From Paraspadella gotoi (lineage: Eukaryota; Animalia; Chaetognatha): 64,000 nucleotides of DNA. The DNA lies in assembly GCA_051294375.1 (NCBI GenBank), contig CM119271.1, positions 12,183,620 through 12,247,619 of the forward strand. Direction: 5' to 3'. Below the pieces are notes generated by a model. It did not search any database, was not told the origin of the DNA, and was given only the letters and a program-made list of their open reading frames with translations. Numbering within the stretch: position 1 is the first letter of the stretch; the number at the start of each line of letters is the position of its first letter. Below, in pieces: positions 53,701-64,000 of this stretch. A program made the translations under genes and the position numbers.

Positions 53701-54672
53701 CCCTCTCTCATCGCTCCATCTCCTCCCTCATCTCCCTCCTTACTTCTCCCTTCTCCTCTCACTCCCGTACCCTCTTTCCTCCTCCCTCTCTCCTCCCTCT
53801 TTCCTCTTCCCTCCCTCACTCCCTCCTTCCCTCCTCCCTCCTTCCCCTCCCTCCCTTCTCCCTCTCCTCTCCCTCCCTCCTCCCTCTCTCCCTTCCTCTC
53901 TCCTCCCTCCTTCTCTGCCTCCTCTTCGGACGTGCTCTGGATTTCTTCCCATCAACTTCTCGTTGTCCTTATATAGAATTCTTTACCGCACAGACGAAAT
54001 CTCGGATTCCTGAAAATAGATTCGTACGACGAGAGAGGAGATGCGAGGAAAAGAGGAGGAGGGAGGATGAGTTAGAATGGGGACTAGCCGGGAGAGAGAG
54101 AGGAAGGAGGGCGAGGAGAGGTGAGAGAGAGAAGGAGGGGAGAGAAGAAGAGAGAGGAGAAAAATTGGGAAGATGAGAGAAGGGCTGGGAGAAGGGAGAG
54201 ATGGACGGAAAAGATGGGGAAAGAGAGAGGGAGGGAGAGAGAGAGGAAGAGAGGGAGAGAGAGAAAGAGAGAGGGAGGAAAAGAATAAGAGAGGGAAGGA
54301 GAGAGAGAGGAAGGATAAAAGAGGGAGCGAGAGAGGGAGGGAGGAAGGAAGGGAGAGAGGAAGAGAGCGAGGAAAGGAGGAAGAAATGGAAAATAGGAAA
54401 AGATAGCTTGGGAAGCAGGAATGAAGTATTTTAAAAAGTAGAAGACTGAAATATTTGGTCGGAAGGTATGAAGAAAATACTGAAAGGTGAATTAGGAATG
54501 AGGTAAAGGTGAAACTATTAAAAAAGACCTCAACAACAACGACAACAACAAAAACGACGACGACGATGACGATGACGACGATGACGACGGCGGCGGCGGC
54601 GGCGGAGGAATACCTGGAAGGTCGTAAATTCAAAGTCGATCTCTGGCCGGAGAACGATGGATATCGGACTCT

Positions 54673-54742
<70 letters not shown>

Positions 54743-54833
54743 TTTCCGCTCAAACACCAAAGAAACTTCATCCTCCTTAGACTTCGTCAGTTTGAATGTT
54801 TAATAAATTTTTCGTTTGTTATTTAAAAAAAAA

Positions 54834-54905
54834 GTTTTGGATTTACTAGTTTTGGATTTACTAGTTTTGGATTTACTAGTTTTGGATTTACTAGTTTTGG
54901 ATTTA
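54834..54905 (+). repeat. 15-bp tandem repeat TTTTGGATTTACTAG, about 5 units
   Basis: Perfect tandem units; noisy reverse complement near 63750-63815. Confidence 0.9.
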
Positions 54906-55586
54906 CATTCAGCTTCGTTTAGAAATACAAACGCTTCTCTATTCTTGGTTTATATTTTCATTTCGTTTGTTTAGTTTTTTTGTGTTTTGTTTTTAACTAA
55001 TGAATTGTTTTGTTTATGTATTTATGTATTTAAAACTTTACTGTGGATCGAAGAAACCGATTTGATGCTCTATCTCTATTTATTTCCTTATTTATTTCAA
55101 ATAAAAAAGAGAGAAAGATGGAGAGAAAGAGAGAGAGAGAGAGAGATAGTTTTTCTCTCCAGAGAGATGTCTCTTCTATTGTCAAAATGTTTAACGAAAA
55201 TTTTTTTTTTCTTTTCTTTGGGTTTGAAAATTCTGTTTTTAATTCAAAATGTTAAAACGTGTAAAGCTTAATGTTGTTTTAACCGTTTAAAGTCACGAAG
55301 GCTAAATTCCCCCCCCTCTCTCACTCTCTCTCTCTCTCTCTCTCTCTTTCTATTTTTTTTTCTATTTCTCTCTCTATTTCTCGGGATCTAAGGATTAAAA
55401 GCCGAAGTAAAAAAGAAAGAGAGAGAGACACAACCACACAAAAACGAAAGTTTTTTGGGGAATTAAAATAACTTTGCTAAGAAAAAAGAAAAAGCGGCAA
55501 AGAATGATTGAGATGGAAAAATTTGTTATATTAGAAATCATTAATCTACATTCATCTCTCTCCTCTCTCCCCTCTCTCTCTCTTCT

Positions 55587-55642
<56 letters not shown>

Positions 55643-56548
55643 ACTCTCTCTCTTCTCTCTCTTTTTATTCGCAATTTTAATCGAATCAACGAAAAGCTAT
55701 TTTTTCTCTTTTTGACCCGAGTTCACACCATGATAGAGTGAAAAAAAAAGTCATTTTTTCTTTTTTTTAAAATTTTCGCCGCCCGCGTTGTTTCATCTCT
55801 CTCCTCTCTTCTCTCTTCTTTCTCTTCTCTCTCTCCTCTATTTCTCTGTCCTCCTAATCGATTCGGCACGAATTAGAGACCACCAAAGTTAGTTTTAAGT
55901 TCCCCAAAAAGACTTTCGTTTTGTGTGGTTGTCTCTTCTCCTCTTTTCTTTTTGATACTTCCGGCTTAATCCTTAGATCCCGAGAAATAGCAGGGAAATA
56001 GAAAAAAAAATAGAAGAGAGAGAGAGACCGATGAGACGACGAAGAGAGAGAGAGAACGAGAGTGAGAGGAGGGAAGAGAGAGAGAGAGAGGAGAAGAGAC
56101 AGAGCCGTTCGAGAAGGAGAGGGAGACGCAGAGAGAGAGGGGAGGGGAATTTAGCCTTCGGACGTTTATAACGGTTTAACAACATTAAGCTTTAACACGT
56201 TTTAACATTTTGAAATAAAACAGAATTTTCAAACCCAAGTAAAAGAAAAAATCTCCTCTCTTTNNNNNNNNNNNNNNNNNNNNNNNNNTTTTTTTTTCTT
56301 AATCGAAAGATTTTATTTTTTCAACAAGAAATCAACTCAGTTTTTTTTCTGTTTTCGACTGAACTTACATCTGTTTTATTTCAAACCAGTTGTTCTTCTG
56401 TTTCGTCCCTAAAAAAAAACAAACAAAAGGAACACACACGGCCAAAACATCGGCGTTTTGTTTTTTGTTTTCGAAATCTTTTTTTTCTTCTAATGTGGAT
56501 CGATTCGACCGACGAATTAACCGACGAAGTGACCGACAAATTTCCACC

Positions 56549-56640
56549 ACCACTCCAGCACAACGATCGACCACTCCAGCACAACGATCGACCACTCCAG
56601 CACAACGACCTACCACTCCCCCACAACGATCGACCACTCC
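56549..56640 (+). repeat. 21-bp tandem repeat CCACTCCAGCACAACGATCGA, about 4 units
   Basis: Direct reading. Confidence 0.85.
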
Positions 56641-56902
56641 GTCCTCAACGCTACGTAAATCGCTCCTACGAACTCGCCGTCCCGCTCCACCCCACCGGCT
56701 CCCTTAATAATGACGCGCCGGCGACGCCGCCTTCTCCCGGCGTGAATCCATCCGGCGCCCTCGAATCTGCCGACGCCATGCCGCGCCGCCACGCCGATCC
56801 GAACGGCGCCATGCCATGCCATGCCGACACGAACGGCGCAGCTTCGAGCATCAGCGCTAACGATGTCTTCTTCATTGCTGGTTCGTTGGTGGGCATCGAT
56901 AT

Positions 56903-57772
56903 GAGGTTAGGGATTTAGGATAGGGATTTAGGATAGAGATTTAGGTTAGGGATTTAGGATAGAGATTTAGGATTGGGATTAGGATAGAGATTTAGGTTAG
57001 GGATTTAGGATAGGGATTTAGAATAGAGATTAGGATAGAGATTTAGGTTAGGGATTTAGGTTAGGGATTTAGGTTAGGGATTTAGATTAGGGATTTAGGT
57101 TAGAGATTAGGATAGATATTTAGGTTAGGGATTTAGGATAGAGATTAGGATAGAGATTTAGGTTAGGGATTTAGGATAGGGATTTAGAATAGGGATTAGG
57201 ATAGAGATTAGGATAGAGATTAAGGTTAGGGATTTAGGTTAGAGATTTTGGTTAGGGATTTAGGTTAGAGATTTTGGTTAGGGATTTAGGTTAGGGATTT
57301 GGTTAGAGATTTGGGTTAGGGATGTAGGTTAAGAATTTGGTTATGGATTTGGCTCGGTATTTAGGTTAGAGATTTTGGTTAGGGATTTAGGTTTAGGTTT
57401 AGGGATAAATGTTAGGGATAAAGGTTAGGGATTAGGTTAGAAATTAGGTTAGAGATTTAGATTAGGGATTTATGTTAGAGATTAGGTTAGCTTTAAGCAT
57501 CAGTGCCAACGCCAACTTCATCGCGGGTTCGTTAGTGGGTATCGATATAAGGATAGAGATTAGGATAGGGATTAGGATAGAGATTTAGGTTAGCATTTTA
57601 GGTTATGGATTTGGGTTAGGGATTAGGATAGAGATTTAGGGTTAGGAATTTTGGTTAGGGATTAGGATAGAGATTTAGGTTAGGGATTCGGTTAGGGATT
57701 TGGTTAAGGTTTTGGGTTAGGGATTTAGGTTAGGGATTTGGTTAGGGATTTTGGTTAGAGATTTTGGTTAGA
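56903..57772 (+). repeat. Telomere-like 12-13-bp minisatellite (GGTTAGGGATTTA / GGATAGAGATT[T]A), two arrays; inverted copy about 61180-62030
   Basis: TTAGGG-containing degenerate units in arrays at 56903-57490 and 57550-57772, separated by a spacer of about 60 bp. Confidence 0.85.
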
Positions 57773-57976
57773 GCCACCGGGTCACAAAGAGAGAGAGAGA
57801 AGAGAGAGAGAGATGAGAGGAGAGGAGAGAAGAGAGAGAGAGAGAGAGACGACGACGTGCTCCGGCGCAAAGAAGAATTAACGTGGCAAGTCTGAAAACG
57901 TAAAACGTTTTACGGCCAATCACGAGGGAAGCAACGAGGCAACCGGCAGGGTAAGAGAGAAGAGAGAGAGAGAGAG

Positions 57977-58045
<69 letters not shown>

Positions 58046-58244
58046 CTGGGCAGGCGAATTGAAACGCGGCCTTGGTCTTCCCAGTTCAAACGGACACTTC
58101 CCTCCCTCCCTCCTCTTTCCCTCTCTCCTCTTCTCTCCCTCCCTCTCTCCCTCTCTCCTCCCTCACTTCCTCACTCCCTCCTCTCTCCTCTCTCCCTCCT
58201 CCCTCCCTCTCTCACTCCTTCTTCCCTCCCCTAATTCTTCTCAC

Positions 58245-58480
58245 CTTGAGCAAATATTCGGTTGTTTATTTTTCCGTCTCCTAGCAACGCGTCTCGTCCG
58301 AACGCCGTGATGACCTCGCTCCTCGGACGCGCCGCGGCCTCGGCGAGCGGCGCGCCTTCATCGCGCCCGCAAAATCACTTCGCGGTCCTCGGCGGCGCTG
58401 GGCGTCGGGGAGCGTCGACGCCGCAAGCCGATGACGCCGCTTTGGATTTTCGGCGAGAATTTCCGGAATTTCGATTCCAC
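58245..58480 (-). CDS. Probable fourth exon of the same gene (start of spectrin-like region), frameshifted and in an apparently inverted segment
   Basis: GC-rich island bounded on minus by CCGCAG| and AAG|GTGAG. With small indels it reads VESKFRKFSPKIQSGV/HRLAASTLPD...EVILRA(H)E...VITAFG..LL, aligning with recalled MCF2L MLQSFGTELAETELPND...SVLCAHT. No single open frame (236 nt) and a weak pyrimidine tract. Confidence 0.5.
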
Positions 58481-59435
58481 CTGCGGATATTATTTTTATT
58501 ATCAGATTATTATATTATATATGACAATATATATTATTATATTTTTATATTTTAAGTATTTACTAAGTATTGAAGTCGGGCAATGCAGCGAATTCACCCC
58601 GCATGACACCTTCAGTTGTGACCAGAGATGTGGAAGCGATCGATTTTTCCGCCGCTGCCAATCCGGCGCTTCCAAGACCGCTCCCGCTCCCGTTTTCGGG
58701 TGCAATCCTTACTTTTTTAGCCCGGATCGCTTTCGGTTTCGAGTGCACATCGCTCCTTCTTTTAGAAATTTTATATTTGTTATTATTTATAAAATACTCT
58801 TTTTAGACATGTAATTCATTGGTAGAATAATTTTAAACAATCTTTTTTGTTAATAAATAACAAGTGAAATTTTTACTTATGAAAAATTGTAAGATTTGTA
58901 AGATTGTAATAATCGTTCGAGTGGAAATGAGTTTAAATGAAAAAAAACAACAAACCTTTTTCCCTATTTGCGCTTTTTCTTTTATTAAATATAAATACAA
59001 GCTGCATTAATTATTCAATTGATCAATTAATTAATCAATCAATCAATCAACTAATCAATCAAAATCACTTAAAAATTAATGAATCAATTTTTATCAATCA
59101 ATAAAATTAAATAATCAATTAATTTATCATCAACTAATTAATAAATTTATTTATCAATAAATTATTAAAAGAACTAATTAATTAATTAATTAATCAATCA
59201 ATTAATCAATCAATTAAACAATGTCAGATGTTATCATTATCATCCCAACGTCGTTGTTGCTTTTGTCCTGGTCAGTGACCTGACAAAAGACCTAAAAATT
59301 AACAGGCCTGATATGAATTTATTTTATTTGATCAATCAATCATTCAATTAATCATGATGGTGCTATCCTCGTTGTCATCATAATCATCATCAGGGTCGTC
59401 ATTTCTTTTGTCATAATGAAAAGATAAAAACAAAC

Positions 59436-60394
59436 AAGTTTGAGCTAACAATGCCAGAACTGATCAATTAATAATTATTCAATCAATTAATCAAATATTC
59501 AATCAATCAATCAAAAAATTAAGCAATCAATCAATTTGTCATCGTCGGTATTTCATTGTCGTTGGTGCCATCATTAATTATTTAATTAATTAAACTCCTT
59601 TATCTTTGTTGTACATTGAAAACTGTATTTATCATTTATTTATCCTTGTTGTTTTGTTTCTCTCTCACTCTCTCTCTCTCTTTAACAAGTTTCACTTCTT
59701 TTCACAACTCACTCAATCTGGCCTACCTTCAACCTGTTCACATTCTGACCACATTCTGTCTCACCACTTTGTTGGAAAACTTTTACCTTTTCTCTTTCTT
59801 TCTCTCTCTCTCTCTCTCTCACACTCTTCTTTTACACAAAATTTATTATTGAATGTCATATGCTGATGAAGGCTTGAAGTAAACAAGCCGAAACATGTCC
59901 AACTATTAATTAAAAATCGTTGTTACAAATTCAAAATTCTTTGCTTTCTTAAATTAATTAATTGAAATATTTTATAATGTTGCGGTGACTCAAAACAAAA
60001 TTTATAGAAAAATTTGAGGCGTGTTTTTTGTGATAAAGAAAACTGGTATTATCAAACAGTAAAAAAGTAAAAATGATAAAAATATAACAACAACAACTAG
60101 TATTTACTTGGCTGAGAAAAGGTCAGCATAACAAGATTGGGTAAAAACAGGTCATTCTTATTGACCACTACTGTACTACGGCTCACAAAGTACAAAGACT
60201 TCATTCGTCGTTTTCGTCATTGTATTCATCGTCGTTGTCGTCTTTGTTCAAATCATTTGAGCTCCCAAATGTTCGATGTTATTATTTTAATTAATTATAT
60301 GTAATTAATTAAATAATTTATTTTTTTCAATTAATTAATCAATTAATTACCGCTAATGATGCGTGGGCAGATCCGGCATTGTTTGCTCAAACTT
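59436..60394. mobile_element. Two end fragments of the same HINE family in opposite orientation (59436-59462 and 60367-60394) with AATT/AATC arrays, inside the hAT element
   Basis: aagtttgagctaacaatgccagaactg and gcagatccggcattgtttgctcaaactt both match the 47031-47059 end of the HINE. Confidence 0.55.
59852..59907 (+). ncRNA. Second, independent minimal type I hammerhead ribozyme
   Basis: CTGATGA (59863-59869), A, stem II GGCTTG-aagtaaa-CAAGCC, GAAA (59890-59893), ACATGT palindrome, GTC ending 59899. Stem I: AATGT-cata-TG pairs with CA-AC-t-ATT. Confidence 0.82.
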
Positions 60395-62739
60395 TTTTAT
60401 TAATAATTTTGATTTATTTATTTTATATATTTTTTTATTTGCTTTTTGTTCAGTGCAGAGGGGAAAAAAAAGAGATAGAGAGAGAGTGTTGTGTTAGAGA
60501 TTTAAAGTATGTATAAGCATAATATTATGCAATATTGCCAATAAAACAGATCAATCCTTTTGGTTTAAAACTTGTTTGTAACATGAAAAATGTTATGGAT
60601 TTAAAAAAAAAGAGACTTAAAATTTAAAGAAAATAATAAAATATAAAAAAATTTTTATTAAGATTAAAAAAGTTAATTTAAATTTTAATTTAAGTTAATT
60701 ACAGTTTTTTTCAGATAGAAAAAAATCTTTTTTAGCTCAGATTTTATTGAATATATTAAAAAGAATAATTAAAAAAATAAATATGTAATTTTTTTTTCAT
60801 AGATTCTCGACCAAAGAGGAAAAGAGAATAAAGAGAACAAAAAAATAAAAGAAAGAGAATAAGAAAAAGTTGAATAAAAAAATTAGGAGCAAACAATTTT
60901 AAATGTTGAAATAAATATTGAAAACAAATTTTTAAAAGAAAAAATCAAGAAAGAGCAGGGGGTTGCAAAAAAGATTTTAATAACATTAAATACTCTTTCA
61001 TTTCTAACCAATAAAAACAAATGACCAGGAAGCGAACACGCAGGGTTATTATAGCTTCGGTAATCCTTTATTCTCAATTTCTATCGCTCCGGTTTCGGGT
61101 TCTCAAAAATCGGCCGCTTCCACAGTGTTCGGTTTCGCTTTCCGGATCGCGTTCACATCTCTGGTTGTGACCGGCGTGGCTCTAACCAAAAATGCTCTAA
61201 CCAAAATCCCTAACCAATCCCTAACCTAAAATCCCTAACCCAAAACCTTAACCAAATCCCTAACCGAATCCCTAACCTAAATCTCTATCCTAATCCTAAC
61301 CAAAATTCCTAACCCTAAATCTCTATCCTAATCCCTAACCCAAATCCATAACCTAAAATGCTAACCTAAATCTCTATCCTAATCCCTATCCTAATCTCTA
61401 TCCTTATATCGATACCCACTAACGAACCCGCGATGAAGTTGGCGTTGGCACTGATGCTTAAAGCTAACCTAATCTCTAACATAAATCCCTAATCTAAATC
61501 TCTACCTAATTTCTGAACCTATCCTAACTTTATCCCTAACATTTTCCCTAAACCTAACCTAAATCCTAACCAAAATCTCTAACTAAATACGAGCCAAATC
61601 CCATAACCAATTCTTAACCTACATCCTAACCCAAATCTCTAACCAAATCCCTAACCTAACCTAACCAAATTCTCTAGACCAATCCCTAACCAAATCTCTA
61701 ACCTAAAATCCCTAACCTTAATCTCTATCCTAAATCTCTATCCTAATCCTATTCTAAATCCCTATCCTAAATCCCTAACCTAAATCTCTATCCTAATCTC
61801 TATCCTAAATCCCTAACCTAAAATCTATCCTAATCTTAACCTAAATCCTAATCTAATCCCTAACCTAAATCCCTAACCTAAATCCCTAACCTAAATCTCT
61901 ATCCTAATCTCTATTCTAAATCCTATCTAAATCCCTAACCTAAATCTCTATCCTAATCCAATCCTAAATCTCTATCCTAAAATCCCTAACCTAATCTCTA
62001 TCCTAAATCCCTATCCTAAATCCCTAACCTCATATCGATGCCCACCCAACGAACCAGCAATGAAGAAGACATCGTTAGCGCTGATGCTCGAAGCTGCGCC
62101 GTTCGTGTCGCATGGCATGGCATGGCGCCGTTCGGATCGGCGTGGGCGGCGCGCATGGCGTCGCAGATTCGAGGGCGCCGGATGGATTCACGCGGGAGAA
62201 GGCGGCGTCGCCGGCGCGTCATTATTAAGGGAGCGCGTGGGGTGGAGGGGACGGTGCGAGTTTGTAAGGAGGCGATTTACGTAGCGTTGAGGACGGAGTG
62301 GTCGATCGTTGTGGGGGGTTAGGTGCGTTGTGGCTGGAGTGGTCGATCGTTGTGCTGGATGTGGTCGATCGTTGTGCTTGGAGTGGTGGTGGAATTTGTC
62401 GGTCACTTCGTCGGTTAATTCGTCGGTCGAATCGATCCACATTAGAAAGAAAAAAAAGATTTCGAAAACAAAAAACAAAACGCCGATGTTTTGGCCGTGT
62501 GTGTTCCTTTTGTTTGTTTTTTTTTAGGGACGAAACAGAAGAACAACTGGTTGAAATAAAACAGATGTAAGTTCAGTCGAAAAAACGAAGAAAAAACTGA
62601 GTTGATTTCTTGTTGAAAAAATAAAATCTTTCGATTAAGAAAAAAAAAAAGCGAAAGAATGATGAGATGAAAAATTTTTATATAGAAATCTTAATCAGAA
62701 TCATCTTCTCTCTCTCTCTCTCTCCCTCTCTCTCTCTTT

Positions 62740-62796
<57 letters not shown>

Positions 62797-63210
62797 CTCT
62801 TCTCTCTCTCTCTTTTATCGAATTTTAATCGAATCAACGAAAAGTATTTTTTCCTCTTTTGACCGAAGTTCAACTAGATAGAGAAAAAATCATTTTCTTT
62901 TTTTTAAATTTCGCGCGCGTTTCAATCTCTCTCTCTTTCTCTCCTCTCTCTTCTCTCTCTCGTCTCTTCTCTCTCTCTCTCTCTCTCCCCTCTCATCTCT
63001 CCCCTCTCTCGTCTCTCTCTCTCTCATCTATTTCTCTGTGCTCATCGATCGGAGCGAAATTAGAGACGCCAAAGTTATTTTATTCCCCCAAAAAACTTTT
63101 CGTTTTTGTGTGGTTGTAGTCTCTCTCTCTTTCTTTTTTAACTTCGGCTTTTAATCGCTTAGATCCCGAGAAATAGAGAGAGAAATAATAAAGAGAAGAG
63201 AGACATAGAA

Positions 63211-63288
<78 letters not shown>

Positions 63289-63967
63289 AATTTAGCCCTT
63301 CGTGACTTTCAACGGTATTAAAACAACATTAAGCTTTACACGTTTTTAACATTTTGAATAAAACAGAATTTTTCAAACCCAAAAAAGAAAAAAAATATGT
63401 TAATCTTCTCCAACAATAAAAAATAATCCAATTATTATTGAAAAACATTAAAAGACAATGAAGGTAGGCAAGTAAAGAGAGCTGAGAGCTCTGGAGAGAA
63501 AAAACTATCTCTCTCTCATCTCTCTCTTTCTCTCCATCTTTCTTCTTTTTATTTGAAATATAAGGAAATAAATAGAGATAGAGCATCAAATCGGTTTCCT
63601 TCGATCCACAGTAAGTTTTATATCAAAATTAATAAACAAAACAAATTCATTAGTTAAAAACAAAACACAAAAAACTAAACAAAACGAAATGAAAATATAA
63701 ACAAGAATAGAGAAGCGTTGTATTTCTAAAACGAAGCTGAATGTAATTCCAAAACTAGTAAATCCTAAAACTAGTAATCCCAAAAGCTAGTATCCAAAAC
63801 CTAGTAAATCCAAAACTTTTTTTTTTTAAATAACAAACTGAACAATTTTATTAAAACATTCAAACTGACGAAGTCTAAAGGAGGATGAAGTTTCTTTGGT
63901 GTTTGAGCGGGAAAAAACAGAGAGAGAGAGAGAAAGAGAGAGAGAGAAGAGAGAGAGAGGAGGAGAG

Positions 63968-63999
<32 letters not shown>

Positions 64000-64000
64000 C

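Larger units (their letters stand above)
58623..61163. mobile_element. Non-autonomous hAT-superfamily DNA transposon, about 2.5 kb
   Basis: Termini CAGAGATGTG...CACATCTCTG with imperfect extension (gaagcgatcg / cggatcgcgtt). Perfect 8-bp TSD GTTGTGAC at 58615-58622 and 61164-61171. Subterminal motif tgtggaagcg..cgattttt recurs inverted near the right end. No transposase ORF. Confidence 0.8.
54660..64000. repeat. Second large inverted duplication: about 54660-57787 versus 61164-64000, with a local inversion at 55475-56250
   Basis: 56289-57787 is the reverse complement of about 61165-62650; 54660-55470 is the reverse complement of about 63070-64000; 55475-56250 is a direct noisy copy of about 62635-63390. 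Confidence 0.88.

Noticed and set aside
56903-57772. True telomere or telomere fusion
   Set aside because: Units are 12-13-bp degenerate rather than pure TTAGGG; the location is internal and the mirrored copy belongs to a probable assembly inversion.
59436-60394. 27-bp inverted pair as TIRs of a MITE around the hammerhead
   Set aside because: Both match one end of the HINE at 47031-47059 and there is no TSD; better explained as two oppositely oriented fragments.
63865-63895. CTGACGAAG...GAAG hammerhead-like words (reverse complement near 54770)
   Set aside because: GAAG instead of GAAA, weak stem II, no stem III.

Overview
Eukaryotic (animal, probably invertebrate) draft-scaffold sequence: AT-rich, full of (GA)n, (GAC/GAT)n and (GAAA)n microsatellites and N gaps. 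Almost all ORFs in the supplied track are microsatellite artefacts. The real coding signal is three clean phase-0 GT-AG exons on + (222-347, 46077-46190, 50487-50603). They splice into the Sec14/CRAL-TRIO domain of a DBS/MCF2L-type RhoGEF, and a probable fourth exon lies frameshifted on the minus strand (58245-58480). Much of the window is multi-kb inverted or direct duplication next to exactly-25-N gaps, with insertion-rich noisy copies. These look like long-read gap-fill or foldback artefacts rather than true palindromes. The introns hold two independent, co-varying minimal type I hammerhead ribozymes of the Penelope-like-element type (6150-6205 plus duplicated copies; 59852-59907). They also hold a non-autonomous hAT element with a perfect 8-bp TSD (58623-61163), a Helentron-associated (DINE-1/HINE-like) element (47029-47671), a repeat family with Pol III A/B-box-like motifs, and TTAGGG-containing minisatellites. 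No database searches were run; homology calls come from recall of family sequences.
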